A stretch of 63,849 nt of DNA, filler included, from Octopus bimaculoides (lineage: Eukaryota), in assembly GCF_001194135.2 (NCBI RefSeq). It is 7 parts of 6 records of this genome, joined end to end, with 100 filler letters (N's around TTAATTAATTAA, not from the genome) between each part and the next. Parts side by side here need not be neighbours in the genome. Positions count along the whole stretch, not along the records: positions 19,183 to 39,929 come from NC_068981.1; 6 more parts are not named here. The stretch is one strand, 5' to 3'. The notes under the pieces were generated by a model. The model was not told where the DNA came from. It was given only the letters and a program-made list of their open reading frames with translations, and did not search any database. Shown here in pieces: positions 24,110 through 38,875 of this stretch. Made by a program: the position numbers and the translations under genes. Within the stretch, counting starts at the first letter, position 1, and each line of letters opens with the position of its first letter.

Positions 24110-27100
24110 NNNNNNNNNNNNNNNNNNNNNNNNNNNNNNNNNNNNNNNNNNNNNNNNNNNNNNNNNNNNNNNNNNNNNNNNNNNNNNNNNNNNNNNNNNN
24201 NNNNNNNNNNNNNNNNNNNNNNNNNNNNNNNNNNNNNNNNNNNNNNNNNNNNNNNNNNNNNNNNNNNNNNNNNNNNNNNNNNNNNNNNNNNNNNNNNNNN
24301 NNNNNNNNNNNNNNNNNNNNNNNNNNNNNNNNNNNNNNNNNNNNNNNNNNNNNNNNNNNNNNNNNNNNNNNNNNNNNNNNNNNNNNNNNNNNNNNNNNNN
24401 NNNNNNNNNNNNNNNNNNNNNNNNNNNNNNNNNNNNNNNNNNNNNNNNNNNNNNNNNNNNNNNNNNNNNNNNNNNNNNNNNNNNNNNNNNATATATATAT
24501 ATATATATATATAAACTCAAAGCAAACACTAAAGATAAATGGTGAAGATATTAACATATATGAAAAAGTGACGCTATAAACAAGAAATGTCAGTGAGCTG
24601 TGAAAGCACTAATGTACAAAACATCAATGATTTGTATATGAGAGAGAATTATATTGAATTCAACAGGTGATGTGTCTGAATGCTGTTTGCCCTCAATGTG
24701 CCAATCCTGATTGAGATGACTGAACTTTGATCAAAAGTGTACCAGTAATGTAATCTGGACTCCCATCATCCATTAAGAAGAGTGTGATTAGGCTGCTGTT
24801 TCTAGCAGCATGAGTAACCATTTTGAAGCACTCTCCGGTGGTTGATGGTAAAGCAGAAATAACCTGCCAGTCAGGAGTTAAACCTTGTGGAATATACCAA
24901 GTAACTATTTTGGTAGGGAGCTAGTTCCTGATATCAAAATGTATATAAATGCAGGTATGGCTGTGTGGTCAAGAAGGTTGCCTTGCAATCACATGGTTCT
25001 GGGTTCAGTCCCACTGCATAGCACCTTGGGCAAGTGTCTTCTACTAAACGCATGGACTGACCAAAGCCTTCTGAGTCAATTTGGTAGGCAGAAACTGTGT
25101 GGAAGCCTACTGTGTACGTATGTGTCCCCCATCACCACTGCTGCAAGAACTGTATTGATTTGTTTACATCCCCATAACTCACAGTTTTGGCGAGACCAAT
25201 AGAATAAGTACCAGACTTAAAATCCAATTAAACCCTTCGAGACAGTGCCACAGCATGGCCATAGTCCAATAACTAAAACAAGTAAAAGAATAAGCCTTCT
25301 TTTGACTGAAGAATGGGCCCCCTTTTGTAAAGGGAAAGGGATGCAGATGGCCAAATTCATTAGTTCATAAAACAAGGAGTCATTTCATTGGCTTACAGCA
25401 ACTGAAAGGACAATTTGATTTTACCAAGATTTCGCTCAGAACCAACACTCCAGTTTTCTACCTTCATATCGCTTTAATATATTGATATTGATGATGATAT
25501 GAAATTCTATTATAGTAAATTTACTGTTCCAGTCAAAAAAATAAAGTTATCTAAAACTTAGATATGGAGGAATTATACCCAGAGGTAATATATCTTTAAA
25601 AACGTGAAATTTGATAAAATTTGTTACAATCAAAGAGTTTTGCATCCACAAGGGAAATCATTTGAAAATATCTAGTTGCAACAGTAAAAGCAGAATAGTG
25701 AGATTAAACTGGGAGATTTTCTTGTCACTAAAATCATGAGAAAATTAGAAATATTAAAATTGCATTATTTATATTGTGCACTAACACAGCTACATCTAAA
25801 CAGCTTCTTTTCATTAATGTGTATTGCTGAATAGTTGACTTCTCAAAGAGAAATTATTTCATTATGACAAAAAGCTATATATATTTTATATAATAGGCAC
25901 TGGCAAGGCTATGTAGGTAAAAACTTCACTTTGCAACCATGTGGTTCCAGTTTGATCCTATGGTGTGGCACTAATTATCTTTTACTATAGTCCTGGGTCA
26001 ACCAATTTGGTTGCAAGGAACTATACCAAGAGACCAATGTGTGTGCATGTATCATCATCATCATCTTAATGTCTTTTTTTCATGTTTGCATAGATCTAAC
26101 AAGATTCACTGAGGCGGACAGATTTTCAATGGCTGGATGCTCGTCTTGTTGCCAACTATCACTCGTTTCTGAGTGAGATAATATTTCTCCTAGTCCTTCA
26201 AACACAACCAGCACAATGACCAGACATTCCCCAGAAAGATTGCAAATGAACAACTGCTTGTATGAGAGTAACTGTTTACAATTAATGTATGACATCCAGA
26301 CAATAAGACACAAAGACACACACCCATACACACTTGCACCCATGCACGCACACACGCACACACACACACACACAATGGGTGTCTTTCAGTTTCCAGCAAC
26401 CAAATCCACTTACAAAGATTTGTTTGGCTTATAATAGAAAACACTTCCATACAGTAGGACCGACTCCAAAAGTACATGGTTGAGAAGCAAAACAGACAGC
26501 TATGCTTGCACCTATTGTATGTGTGTGCACATTCATGTGCACAAATATGTGTCTCTCTTCCATGCAGTGATACCACTTGGGTACAATAGCATTTGCCCTA
26601 AATAAGGCATTCTACAAATGCCCTGTAGAACAGGGCATTTGTTCTACTTAATGTCCTGTAGTTCAGTGATTTCAAAGTTGAAGAGCGAGGGAATGAAGAA
26701 CCTTAGTTGAAAATAAGGAATAGCCTCAGAAAGTGTAATCTGCCATAGAATACTGCTTCAAGAATTCTTGTCCAGCCTTGACAGCAATAAAAAAAGACGC
26801 CTTGCAGTGTATCTGCTCTAGCTCTGTGCAATCAGAGACCAAACTGCACTCTATTACTGAAAAACAGGGATACTTCTGTCAGAAGTTGTAATGAATAGTA
26901 TCAGCAATTTGAAAAAAAATAAATGGAAACTATTTCCTTGAAGATCAACCACAACACCACCATGCAATCCTGACTGATCAAAAGCATTCCAGTTGAGATC
27001 ATCCTGTCTTCTTTTGCAAGAGTGATATTCAGCTGCTATTTTTAGCAGGCTGAATGACATTTACAACAGCAACTTCTTTAAGCAACGCATAAGATCAGAT

Positions 27101-30100
27101 AATTGCAGTAAGACAATTAGTTGAACAAAGTATTCTGTGCAAACATCAGTTATGGGTGGGCCATAGAACTAGAAAAAAGAATTGGCAAATGTCCTCCAGC
27201 AAATAAGCTATGCATGACTAAATGCAGTTTTATTTCAAAAAATTAAATACTCAGTTATACCCCTAATTTGGGAAATATTTGCTATCATGACCAGAAATTA
27301 GTCCATGAAATACATTTAATATAAAAAACTTTCTTATATTAATGAGTCAACATGAAAGCATGGTGAAAGATGGAAAGTATTTAGATATCATACGTGGACC
27401 CTCCTTTTGACCAGAATTTCCAGACAAGATGGAACCAAAACATTTATAATACAAACTTCCTGCTTTAAAGTGATTAAAATTAAAACCTTCCATCAAAATT
27501 CCATGCTAATATTCTATTTACTAAATTCTTCATAATTTTCAAAATTAATTGAAACAATGGCAGTTCATTTCATCAAAAATATGGTAATGAAAAGGTTTAA
27601 TAATCTTTTAATATTTTAAACAATGTCAATTGCTTCACTGAGTGGTTTTGTGTATCTGTTTGTGTGAACTGTTTCTATCTAATTATCTTAATTAACAAGT
27701 ACGAAGAACAACTAATGTTGCTCTCTACTAATGTTGTTTTCTTATCTCTGCTAAGCCAACAAGATCTGGTTAGAGAGTGGAAGAAACAAACTCAAAGACT
27801 ACTACTATACTGCACATTAAAAAAACCCCCCACTGTAGTGAATGTTGTATGTCCTTCGCTAGACAGTTTTATGTGACAACTGAATCGATAGATCACATCA
27901 AGTCATTCATCTGACTCTATGAGCCAAGAAGGGAACCTTTGTGTGGTTACTACACTCTCTAGAAATAGCAACAAAATCTCCCTTTAAAATGGAACTAAAG
28001 TACAATAACCAATAATCCTTCATCTTGTAAACATCCTAAAAACACTAAATGAGGAGACAAAAGTGAGATAATGACATCTACACAATCTGTAACTAACATA
28101 TGAAGTTTTTTGCTTATTAATTCCTACTTGTGCCGTTCATCATTGACACATTGTGTGAAAGCCACTAATGCAAAATCTTTAAACAAATAGATTTCTGACA
28201 CTTCGTTTTTCATAGAGAATTCCAAGAACCTAGCCTTCAGCAACAAAGAAAATTGTTGATTCTAAAACTAGTAATTCTGATTTTTTTCAATAAAGTCCAA
28301 GTCTTTTCTTTCCTTCACAACTTCACATAATTGTTCCTAATACAAACATAAGGCTCAAAATTTTAAGTGCAAAGGTTAGATTACACAGATCCCATTACTT
28401 GACTAGGCGGTGGGGTTACTTTATTGATCTCAGAGATGGACACACAGTTACTGGCATTCTGTTGGTTACAACAACGTATGTTTCAGCTGATCCAATCAAC
28501 GGAACAACCTGCTCACAGAATTTACATGCAAGTGGTTGAGCACTCCACAAACACATACACCCTTAACATAGTTCTCAGGGATATTCAGCATGATACAGAG
28601 TGTATCAAAACTGGCCTTTTGGAATACAGGTACTAGTCATTTCTCTCAGGTGAGTAGACTGGAGCAATGTGAAATGAAGTGTCTTGCTCAAGGACATGAC
28701 ACACCATCAAGTATAAAACTCAGAACCTTATGATCATGAGCCAAAGATCCTAACCACTTAGCCATGTGCCTTCAAGGTAAAGCTGACCACAGCAGGATTT
28801 GAACTCAGAACATGAGCTATAGCTAACCATCACAAGATATTTTATCTGGCACTAATGATCCTAGCAATATAATGCTTATGGTCACATTTAACCAGAGCTT
28901 TAAAGAAACCTGTTTCTATAATGAGTTCCAAACACCAGCTCATAATAGCATGAAACAAAAATAGTTACAAATATTTCACTAAAATAAATACAACAGAGTC
29001 AACAGGACATTAACCTGAAGGCTACTCTGTTGTGTATAAATAGAAAGAAAATATTTTCAAATTGAGAGTGAAACCAAATAAATGATTAACTCTTACATCA
29101 CACAATGACCTTATTCTCAGCAATAGAACAACTGTGAGCTTCAAAAGATATCACCAAATTTTATTATTATTATTCATAAGCTGACATGCCAGTCTTAAAT
29201 TTACCAAAATACATAACTGATTAAGTATAGTTAAAATATTAGTGTCATATTTCAAACTATGATACCATTTACCAAATTAATTGGTACAAAAGAACACTGA
29301 TATTAAAGTCAATCGGTCAATATTGCTGATGTCAGTAGAATATTCTGATATAATAGCAAAACTGTTAAATAGCAACAATAATATATAAAATTGGTAAATA
29401 CTGCCAAGGTCATAAATGTAGTTTTTTTTTATATAATAAAAAACGATTTTTTTTTGTAAAATAATGTAAAGTAGACTTGCTTTGAAGATTTTCTTTTCAA
29501 ATATTTTGCTTGTAACATTTAATTATGTTGTTCATAGCTCAACAGACTTTCATTGTATGATCAATATCACATCCTCCCTCCGTTAATTTTTATTTCGCAT
29601 GTTCACAATCCTGGAAAAGTGCATCAAATACACTCCTTTGTTGATGCAGCTTTCTTTTTGGTATTTGATTTTTCCAAAGAATGTTGTTGCACCATCCTCA
29701 AGAAGATCTTTGTTTATAGTTCAATGTCATGAGATTGCAGTCTCCTTGTCCATCTCTCCAAATCAAAACTACAATCCGTCATTGTTGAATAATTTCAGTT
29801 TTGAAACCTTTGGTGTAATAAGCACAATGTGGAATAATTTTTTCTGATAATATTGGCATGGTTGTGTGGTTAAGAAGTTTGCTTCCCAACCACATAGTTC
29901 TAGGTGCCTTATATGTGACACCACGAGAAAGTGCCTTCTTCTATAACCCCATGCCAACCAAAAGCCTTGTAAATGGATTCAGTACACAGAAACAAAAAAG
30001 CCCATTGTATATATCTGTGTGTGTATGCTTGTATTCCCTCGCCCTTACATAGCATAACTGTAAATGAGTGTCATTGTCATACAAGCAGTGTCATTCACTT

Positions 30101-30486
30101 TCAATATTCTGTGAAAACATGTCTGGCTTTGAGGAAAATATTATTTTGCTTGGAAACAGGTTAGGGTTTCTAGTCATAGGAAGAAGAGCATCTGACCAAA
30201 GAAAATCTACTTTAATAAACTCCATCTGATGCATGAAAATATGGAAAGGTGGACATTAAAATGATGATGCTGATGATGATGTATGTTATTTGCCATGATT
30301 TCATCCTATGCATCAACAAGAATTTTTTTTTTGTAGATTTGAACTTTCCCTAAATTCAGTTTACGTCATAAATGAATGTTCTCTGGTGTTAAAATGAGAG
30401 GCAACAACTTCATTTCAACTTTCTCACACAAACCATCTAAGAAATCTTTGAGTGACCTGTGGGAACTGTCTAAAATGAATAACACC

Positions 30487-30666
30487 TTGACCGTTTTGCA
30501 TTTAAACCAGCCATATCCAGCTTAAATATTCTGGTCCTCCACAACAATATCATTCTAAAAATAAGCAGTTACATCATTGAAATCTCAAAGCTACAAGATA
30601 AATGAAAAACAATGTGAATAAATAAGCATTACATTTAACAGAGTAATCTGAGTGCTAAAGGGTTAA
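30487..30666. mobile_element. piggyBac-like MITE
   Basis: The right end is ...gtgctaaaggg|TTAA and the left end is a degenerate TTGA|ccgttttgcattt. This fits TTAA target duplication and CCCTTT-type termini. Confidence 0.55.
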
Positions 30667-33600
30667 AAGCTAGAACCTGAAACTTTGAAAAATTCTCAAC
30701 CTTCTGATAGAAACAAAATTTTGAACCAGACTTCAAAAAGCAATTTGGTCATCCTAACATTTTTCATGAGAATATCAACAAACAAGTAAGAAATGTCGGC
30801 TGAAACCTCAAAGTATCTATAGATTTTGTTAGCCAATAAATTAACATAGGATTTAATCTATAATCTACTGTAATATATCTTCTCAAAAGTATGAGCTGCT
30901 TTCAGAAATTTTGAATCCTGTCATTTTATTTTTTTCCTTTTATTTATTGTGTGTGTGTGTGTGTGTTTGTCATCCCTCCCCCCCATCACTTGACCACTGA
31001 TGTTGGTTTGTATACATCCCCATAAGTAAAAAGTTCAGCAAAATAAAGAATCAGACTTAAAACCTTCAAAGTCATGCCCCAGCTTGGCCACAGTCCAATG
31101 ACTGAAACAAGTAAAAAATAATTTTCTTTTATTATCTGCTTCCAAACCAATCGAGTTCCAACAACATTAAATATTTTTTCAATGACATACTCCTCTTCCT
31201 CCTATAATCTGATAACAATCAGCTGCAAATATGATTTATATTTGCACTTTCATTGACCACTTCAGCATTATAGAAACACATTAATTATTTTTTTTTTTTA
31301 CTTATTTTTCAGCGATAAACTACCTAGTACTCGCAGTAAAACTTTCTAGAAAGTACACTTCATTTTGATTTATTTCCTTTCCCTATTTTTGTAAATCTCA
31401 AACAGCTTATTGTTTTTGGTCTAATAGCTTTGTGTTAAGTTCATGTATTTCTGATTACGGTCTTTCATTCATATTGAAAGCAAGTACATTTCAACTATTG
31501 TAGTTCATCTTCTGGATATTTGTAGACAAGAAAGATGACGAAGCACTTAGGCCTTGTAGTTTGTTAATATTTTCTCCAGAATCCACCGAGGTCGACTTTG
31601 CCTTTCATCCTTTCGGGGTCGATTAAATAAGTACCAGTTACTCACTGGGGTTGATATAATCGACTTTTATTTGTCCTTGTTTGTTCCCTCTATGTTTATC
31701 CCCTTGTGGGCAATAAAGAAATATTTTCTCCAGAATAATTCGTACTGTACTTATGAATTTTTATTAGCACATCACACAAAATGCTTAACGGCATTTCTTC
31801 TGGCTTCACATTCTGAGATCAAATGCAGCTGAGGTCAACTTTGCCTTTCGTGGTTGATAAAATAAGGACCAGCTGAGTACTGGGGGTTGATATAATCAAC
31901 CAGCCCCTTTCCCAAAAATTCTACTTCTTGTGTCTATAATAAAAAGTATTATCAAAGCAGTGAGCTGGCAATCATTAGCATGCTGGACAAAATGCTTAGC
32001 AGCATTTTGTTTATGTTCCAAGTTCAAATTACGCCTGCATTGACTTTGCTTTTCACTGTTTCAGGGTTGATGAAATAAGTACCAGTTGAGTACTGGGGTT
32101 GATGTAAACAACTAGCCCCCTCTCCCCAAAATTCAGGCCTTGTACTTATAGTAGAAAGCATTATTATTATTTTTATGTATTTTGTGAAGAACAGCATTGT
32201 TGGTTACAAGACTCCAAAGGACAGTCACTGGATTTTTGACAGAATCACAAAGAAGTGTTCATACAAAGAAAGCAAACTAAACACAAGCTAATTCATGTTT
32301 TAAAACTATTTTTTTTTAAGTCTTTCCCTGCCAATGAGGGGAAGCAGTAAGCATGGTTGTATGGTTAAGAAGTTTACCTCACAACCATGTACTTCCAGGT
32401 TCAAATCCAGATCAAAGGGTTTACTGATACCAAATTCAAGGTTATAGTAAATTTCATAAAATATTTTGTCATTGCTGCTTTCTTAAAACTGCAACATCAT
32501 TAAGTAATCTACCAATTAGAGAGAGGTAATTTCTTTAAAATGAGTTATTTAGTTTACAGTCTGTCTGTGTGTCTCTTTTACAGCAAAATTTCATATGGCA
32601 AAAATGCTTACAACAAATTTTTCGGACACACTAATTCAACGCTATTGCTTTCAATGAACTTCTCAAAAGTATCAGACCACTGGGGAGTGAAACAGGAGAG
32701 CAAGTCCCCAATAGTCCCAGATTTATACAAGTTGTACCGATGGATGGCACTGATGTTTCAGTTATTCCACGACTTATTTCAGTTTTAGAGTATTAAAAGG
32801 TTAAGTTGACCTCAACAGGATTTGAACCTAACAAATTAAGGTTTTAAACTAGTTACAAATGTGTCAATTCCAGTACATCTTTTTTGTTAACAATGTTGAT
32901 TAAATTTCCCCATTAAAATAAGGCTGTAACAACTATTTACCCTTTTCCCTTACTAATTATGATAGGGTATGAGGTTAGTTTTTATACAAACATAATACAA
33001 TCTTTAAAATCTGCTTTCTTCTGTCAATACTCCTACACAAAACTTGAAACTCTAAAGAACAGTGAGATAATACTTCTGATGAAAAATAATATCTTTTCAT
33101 ATTTTTACCACCACCACCACAACTCCCTCCAACCCAGTTGTTGTGAAAGCAAGATTTTCAATGAATTAGTATTACTGTTGTTCTATAAACAGCTTTTTAA
33201 TCAAATTTTTGGAAGAAAATATTTAATCATGGACGAAACAAAAGCTTACAAGTTAATCTAAATATTTAGATTTCTAGACATTTAAGAAAATATACTAGTA
33301 TTGAATGAAATACTTCATTTGAATAGGACTGTCATAATGAGTTTCAGTTAATAAATGAAAGCTGACAAGAGAGAAGTGGATATTTATAAAATGATTTCAA
33401 TTTACTTCTGGACAAGAACACAAAAATATGAAGCTAATTAAAAACCTCTTGTATGCTAAATAAATAACAAGCATTGTATATACCAGAAATTAACTGTATA
33501 TAGAGATATAAGCATGGCTGTGTGGTTCAGAAATTTTCTTTCACAACAATATGGTTTCAGATTCAGACCCACTATGTGGTATCTTGGAATATTATCTTTT

Positions 33601-35393
33601 ACTGCAACCCTGGACCAACCAAAGCCTTCTGAGTTTGGTGGATAGAAGAAAAGAAGCTTGCTGTGTATAATCATCATCAAATGCGTGTGTGTGTGTGTGT
33701 GCAAGTGCATGCACACACCAACCACATGGTTCCAGGTTCAGTCCCACCGTGTGGCACCTTGGGCAAGTGTCTTCTACGATAGCCTCAGGCCGACCAAAGC
33801 CTTGTGAGTGGATTTGATAGACGGAAACTGAGAGAAGCCCATCATATATGTATGTATGTATGTGTGTGTGTCTGTGTTTGTCACCCTACCATTGCTTGAC
33901 AACCGATGTTGGTGTGTTTACGTCCCTGTAACTTAGTGGTTTGGCAAAAGATACTGATAGAATAAGTACTAGGTTTACAAAGAATAAGTCCTAGGGTCAA
34001 TTTGTTCAACTATAGGTGGTGCTCCAGCATGGCTGCAGTCAAATGACTGAAACAAATAAAAGAATAGAATGCACATATGTTTGTACCTCCTTGTCTTGGT
34101 ACTGTGTGATAGTTGAAAATAATTGTCACTACCATACAGACTGTGTCATTCGTTTCCAATATTCTAAGCAAACATATCTGGCCATGGGGAAATATTACCT
34201 TGCTTGGAAACAGGCGTGGATTGGAGAACTGGCCATAAAAAATCTGCCTTTAATAAATTCCAATTGACTAATGTGAGCAAAGACAAATCTGACATTAAAA
34301 CAACAACCATGAAGATATATAGATTGTAGGGAGGCAGTGAGAAGTGACCAAGACCTTTAGCGATATACCATGTTTGAAAGGCAGCAAGCTGGCAGAATCG
34401 TTAGAACACTGGGCAAAATGCTTAGTGGTATTTCGTCTGTTCTGAGTTCAAATTCCGCAGAGGTTGACTTTGCCTTTCATACTTTCGAAGTTGATAAATT
34501 AAATACCAGTCCTCCCCCAAAATTTCAGTAGAAAAGAACATACCATGCTTGAGAAGACCTGTTAAGCCAAGTGATATCATAGTCGTGGCCAATGCTGGTC
34601 TTTCATAACTGGCACTCATGCCAGTGGCATGTAAAAAGCACCCACTATACTCTTGGGGTAGTTGGTGTTAGGAAGGGCATCCAGCCATAGAAACCATACC
34701 AAATCACATTGGAACCTGGTGCCACTCCCCAGTTTACCGGTTTTCAGTCAAACCATCCAACCCATCCCAGCATGGAAAACGAATGTTAAATGATGATGAT
34801 GATGATGAATAGGGTCATTTAAATAAAGATAATTTTCCAGACGACAGAAAAAGAAAAAATGCACACAAAGTCATAGCATTTTCCATTTTTTCCTATGAAG
34901 AGTGTTGATAAGATTATTAATATATCCTTCAATCTCATCTTGGTTCCTTCTGATAAACTGCTAGCCTGTCAACAATTCTTGTGTCACAATTAGAGTAGTC
35001 TCAGTTGCAAGCAAAAACATGTGAGAAATCAATTTGTATGACATGTCTGGTTGGATAATTGTCTAGATAAAACATATATCCACATCAAATCTCCAGTGTT
35101 AGTAATGCTCAAGTCTAACATTTCTTCTTAGACTTAATGGAGAATTAGAAAGAAATTATTGAGATTTTTTGGATACAATAGTCTTGTCATTATTAATAAA
35201 GAAAATTTCTATCAGTTATTCAAGAATCCAGCTGAAAGGAATATTTATGTATAGGCATGTGCACAACTGTGTGATAAGAAGTGTGCTTCCCAACATGGTT
35301 CCAGGTTCAGTCCTACTGTGCAGTACCTTGGACAAGTGTCTTCTACAACAGTCTCAGGCTGTCCAAAGTCTTCAGTGGATTTGGTAGACAGAA

Positions 35394-35435
<42 letters not shown>

Positions 35436-35633
35436 CCACACCACTGCTTCACAATCAGTGTTGGTGTGTACATGTCTCTGTAATTTAGTGGTTTAGCAAA
35501 AAAGACTGATAAAGTAAGTACCAAGCTTAAAAAATAAGTTCTGGGGTCGATGCATTCAGCTAAAATTCTTCAAGGCAGTACCCCAACATAGCTGCAGTCT
35601 AAATGACTGAAACAAGTAAAAGATAAAGGAAAA

Positions 35634-35685
35634 ACAGCCACATCAGTGCCTATAATATGCATATTATAGGCACTGATGTGGCTGT
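35634..35685. repeat. Perfect 52-bp palindrome at a SINE head
   Basis: acagccacatcagtgcctataatatg|catattataggcactgatgtggctgt, with no loop and no mismatch. Confidence 0.97.
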
Positions 35686-36259
35686 GAAGTTAAGAAGCCT
35701 GGTTCCCAACTATGTGGTTTTAGATTCAACTCGACTGCACAGCACCTTGAACAAATGCCTTCTACTATAGACCCTGGCCAACCAAAGCCTTGTTGAGTGG
35801 ATTTGGTAGTGGAAAACTGTATGCTCACGCACATAAGCCCATAGCACTAGTGTGTGTGCGAGCCCATCTGAACCAGGCAAGCATGGAAAAGAGGATTTTA
35901 AATGACGATTGTGTTTGTGTACAATAGTTTAAACTAATCAAAAATAAAAGAAACGTTTTATACTAATTGACATTCTACATATGAAGTTTAGATTGTATTA
36001 AAAACCTACATTACTTTGTGAAACTAAATACAATTCTCAAAACACTGAACTACATCTGTGACATTTTATGCTGTACTAAATGAAAATCATCAACACAAAC
36101 ATAAAAATTTTAATTTAGAATCACTAACAAGATTTAAATAAACTTTTTCCCCCCTCGCTCAAAACACTCAAATACAATTATGTAAACAAAGAAGCGATAT
36201 CTTCATGTGTGCATGCGTGTGTGTGTGTGTGTAAATGGTATTAACAAACACAGGAAGGT

Positions 36260-36321
<62 letters not shown>

Positions 36322-37479
36322 AGTTTCCTTGTCTCCATATTGTGTGATAGTTGTAAACAAGTATCTTCAGGTGCAAGTGGTGTCCATTTTTAATCTTCCA
36401 TGGAAACCTGCACAGTCATGGAGAAATATTAACCAGCCTTGGAAACAGGTGAAGGTTGGTGAAAGAAAGGGCATCCAGACGTAGAAATTGCACTTCAACA
36501 TATGTCATCTGACCCACCCTTGCAAGCATAGAATAATAGACACTGAAATGATGATGACGATGATTAATAAATAAACAACATTATGGAAAAACAAATCTGG
36601 TCATGGGAAAATATTACCTTGTTTGGAAACAAGTAAAGATTGGCAATAGAAAAGGCATTTAGCCATAGAAAATTTGCCTTGTTAACCTCTGCCTAATCTA
36701 TGCAAGCATGGAAAAGTGGTCATGATGATCAATGTTGCTTGAATGGAATTTGATAGAGTCCTTGTAACAGTCAGAGATTACCACTAGTTGTATCATTATC
36801 AAATTCTCTACAAATACTGTTTTGGGGAAGCAGCTGCTATTCTTTTAGTCAATGTTAGCAGTCTTACAATGAAAGCATGCCTAATGAAATACATTAATAT
36901 TGAAAATTTTGTCTTGCTACTTAATACCAAAAATGATTCTACATATACTTTGGTTTGGCACTATGCCCATGGCAAAGTGTATATTTTTCTCAAATGAGTA
37001 CAGCAGGCAGCTCATCAATTCTATCTGGCATGAGAAAACACATTTCACTCAACCAATACAGTCTTTTCAAGTTGTAATCAATATATATATATATATAAAC
37101 ACACACACACACAATCATCATTTAATGCCTGCTTTCCATGCTGGCATGGGTTGGACAGTTTGGCTGAAAACTGGTAAGCTGGGGGCTGCACCTGATCTGA
37201 TTTGGCAAGGTTTCTATGTCTAAATGCCCTTCCTAACACCAACCACTGAGAGTGTAGTGGCTGTTTTTTTACGTGCTACCAGCACAGATACCAATAACTT
37301 GACACTGGCAGCAGACACGACTATGGTCTCACTTGGCTTGACAGGTCTACACATGCATGGCATATCGATAAAGGTCTTGGTCACCTGTTACTGCATCCTT
37401 GAGGCTCAACACTTGAACGATGCTTTTCACATGCTACCGGCACGGGTACCAGTCAGACAGCACTAGCAACAGCCATGAC

Positions 37480-37514
<35 letters not shown>

Positions 37515-38524
37515 ATAAAATTTAATAAATGGAGTAATATGCATATGTATATGCGTATTACTCCCTTTATTAAATTTTATATTTACTCAAATAGCCCAAA
37601 CTAACAGGGAGTTTTAACTTCATAAACAGGAGTTACACCACAGTCATTTTGTGATCTTTGCTACCCTGGTATCTATTAACCAATTTATTTTGTCAGAGTT
37701 AATTGTTAACTAAGAGAAAATAAATACATATAATCAAATATATATATACATATAAGTACAGGTGTGGCTGAGCAATTAAGAAGCTTGCTTTCCAGCCATG
37801 TGTCTTAGGTTTAGTCCTACTATATGGTACCTTGGGCAAGTGTCTTCTAAATCCCCTCACAAATTCTTGTGAGGGGATTTGGTAGGCAGAAACTAAAAGA
37901 AAAGAAAGGCGGAGAGCTGGCAGAAATGTTAGCACACCAGGCGAAATGCTTAGCGGTATTTCATCTGCCGCTACATTCAGTGTTCAAATTCCGCCGAGGT
38001 CGACTTTGCCTTTCATCCTTTCAGGGTCGATAAATTAAGTACCAGTTATGCTCTGTCTGTCCCCTCTGTGTTTAGCCCCTTGTGGGCAGAAAAGAAATAA
38101 GAAACCCTTTGTGTGTGTGTACTCTTGCCTTGACATCATGTAATGGTTGTAAACCAGCATCACCCTCATACATACAATGTGGTCCATTTTCAGTCTTTCA
38201 TGAAAAACATGTCTGGCTATGAGGAAACATTACCTTGCATAGAAACGTGTAATGGTTGGTGACAGGAAGGGCATCAGCCACAGAAACTGTACCTCAACAA
38301 ATTCCATCTGAGCTATGTAAGCATGGAAAAGAGGTCATTAAATGATGATGTATGCGTGCGCACATGCATATGTGCGTGCCTGCATGTAAGATCATAAAAA
38401 TACTCTGTTCAGTCAACTTAACAACCTGATTCAATGAGACATTTAAGTGACTTTATTCCAATGAATATGTGACTAAAATGAGGAACAAATTAATAGAATT
38501 CTTTCCTAAAGGAGGAATATATCT

Positions 38525-38875
38525 AATAGTAAAGGGTAAAGCCCCGCTCTTCGGTCATGAATGACCATGGGATTGCACCTAGAAAGTTCCCCTCCAAGGC
38601 ACAAGTCCAAACAAGGTTGTTTATGAATGACCAGCAGTCACCCATGCCTACCAGCCTCTCTTCTTCACTCCACCAACGTTGTCCAAGGGAAGGGCAAAGG
38701 CAGATACAACTTGGCACCAGTGACATCGCAACTCATTTCTACAGCTGAGTGAACTGGAGCAACATGAAATAAAGTGTCTTGCTCAAGAGCACAACACACA
38801 GCTTAGTCCAAGAATTGAACTCACTACCTCATAATTTGTGAGCCCGACACTCTAACCAATAAGTCATGTACCTTT
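38525..38875 (-). mobile_element. tRNA-derived SINE, family E (contains gtgtcttgctcaag/ggagcaacatgaaat central block)
   Basis: Recurs at about 22915-23145, 28640-28775, 52330-52602 and 59790-60010. All are on the minus strand with a tRNA-like head (taaccactaagccatg on +). Confidence 0.75.

Noticed and set aside
25340-25880. Possible hAT transposase C-terminal remnant (..IKIALFILCTNTATSKQL..)
   Set aside because: Too many stops and too little similarity to support a call without a search.
30350-30467. Minus-strand acceptor followed by SSHRSLKDFLDGLCEKVEMKLLPLILTPENIHL*
   Set aside because: No recognisable family and no frame-compatible partner exon found; compatible with chance.
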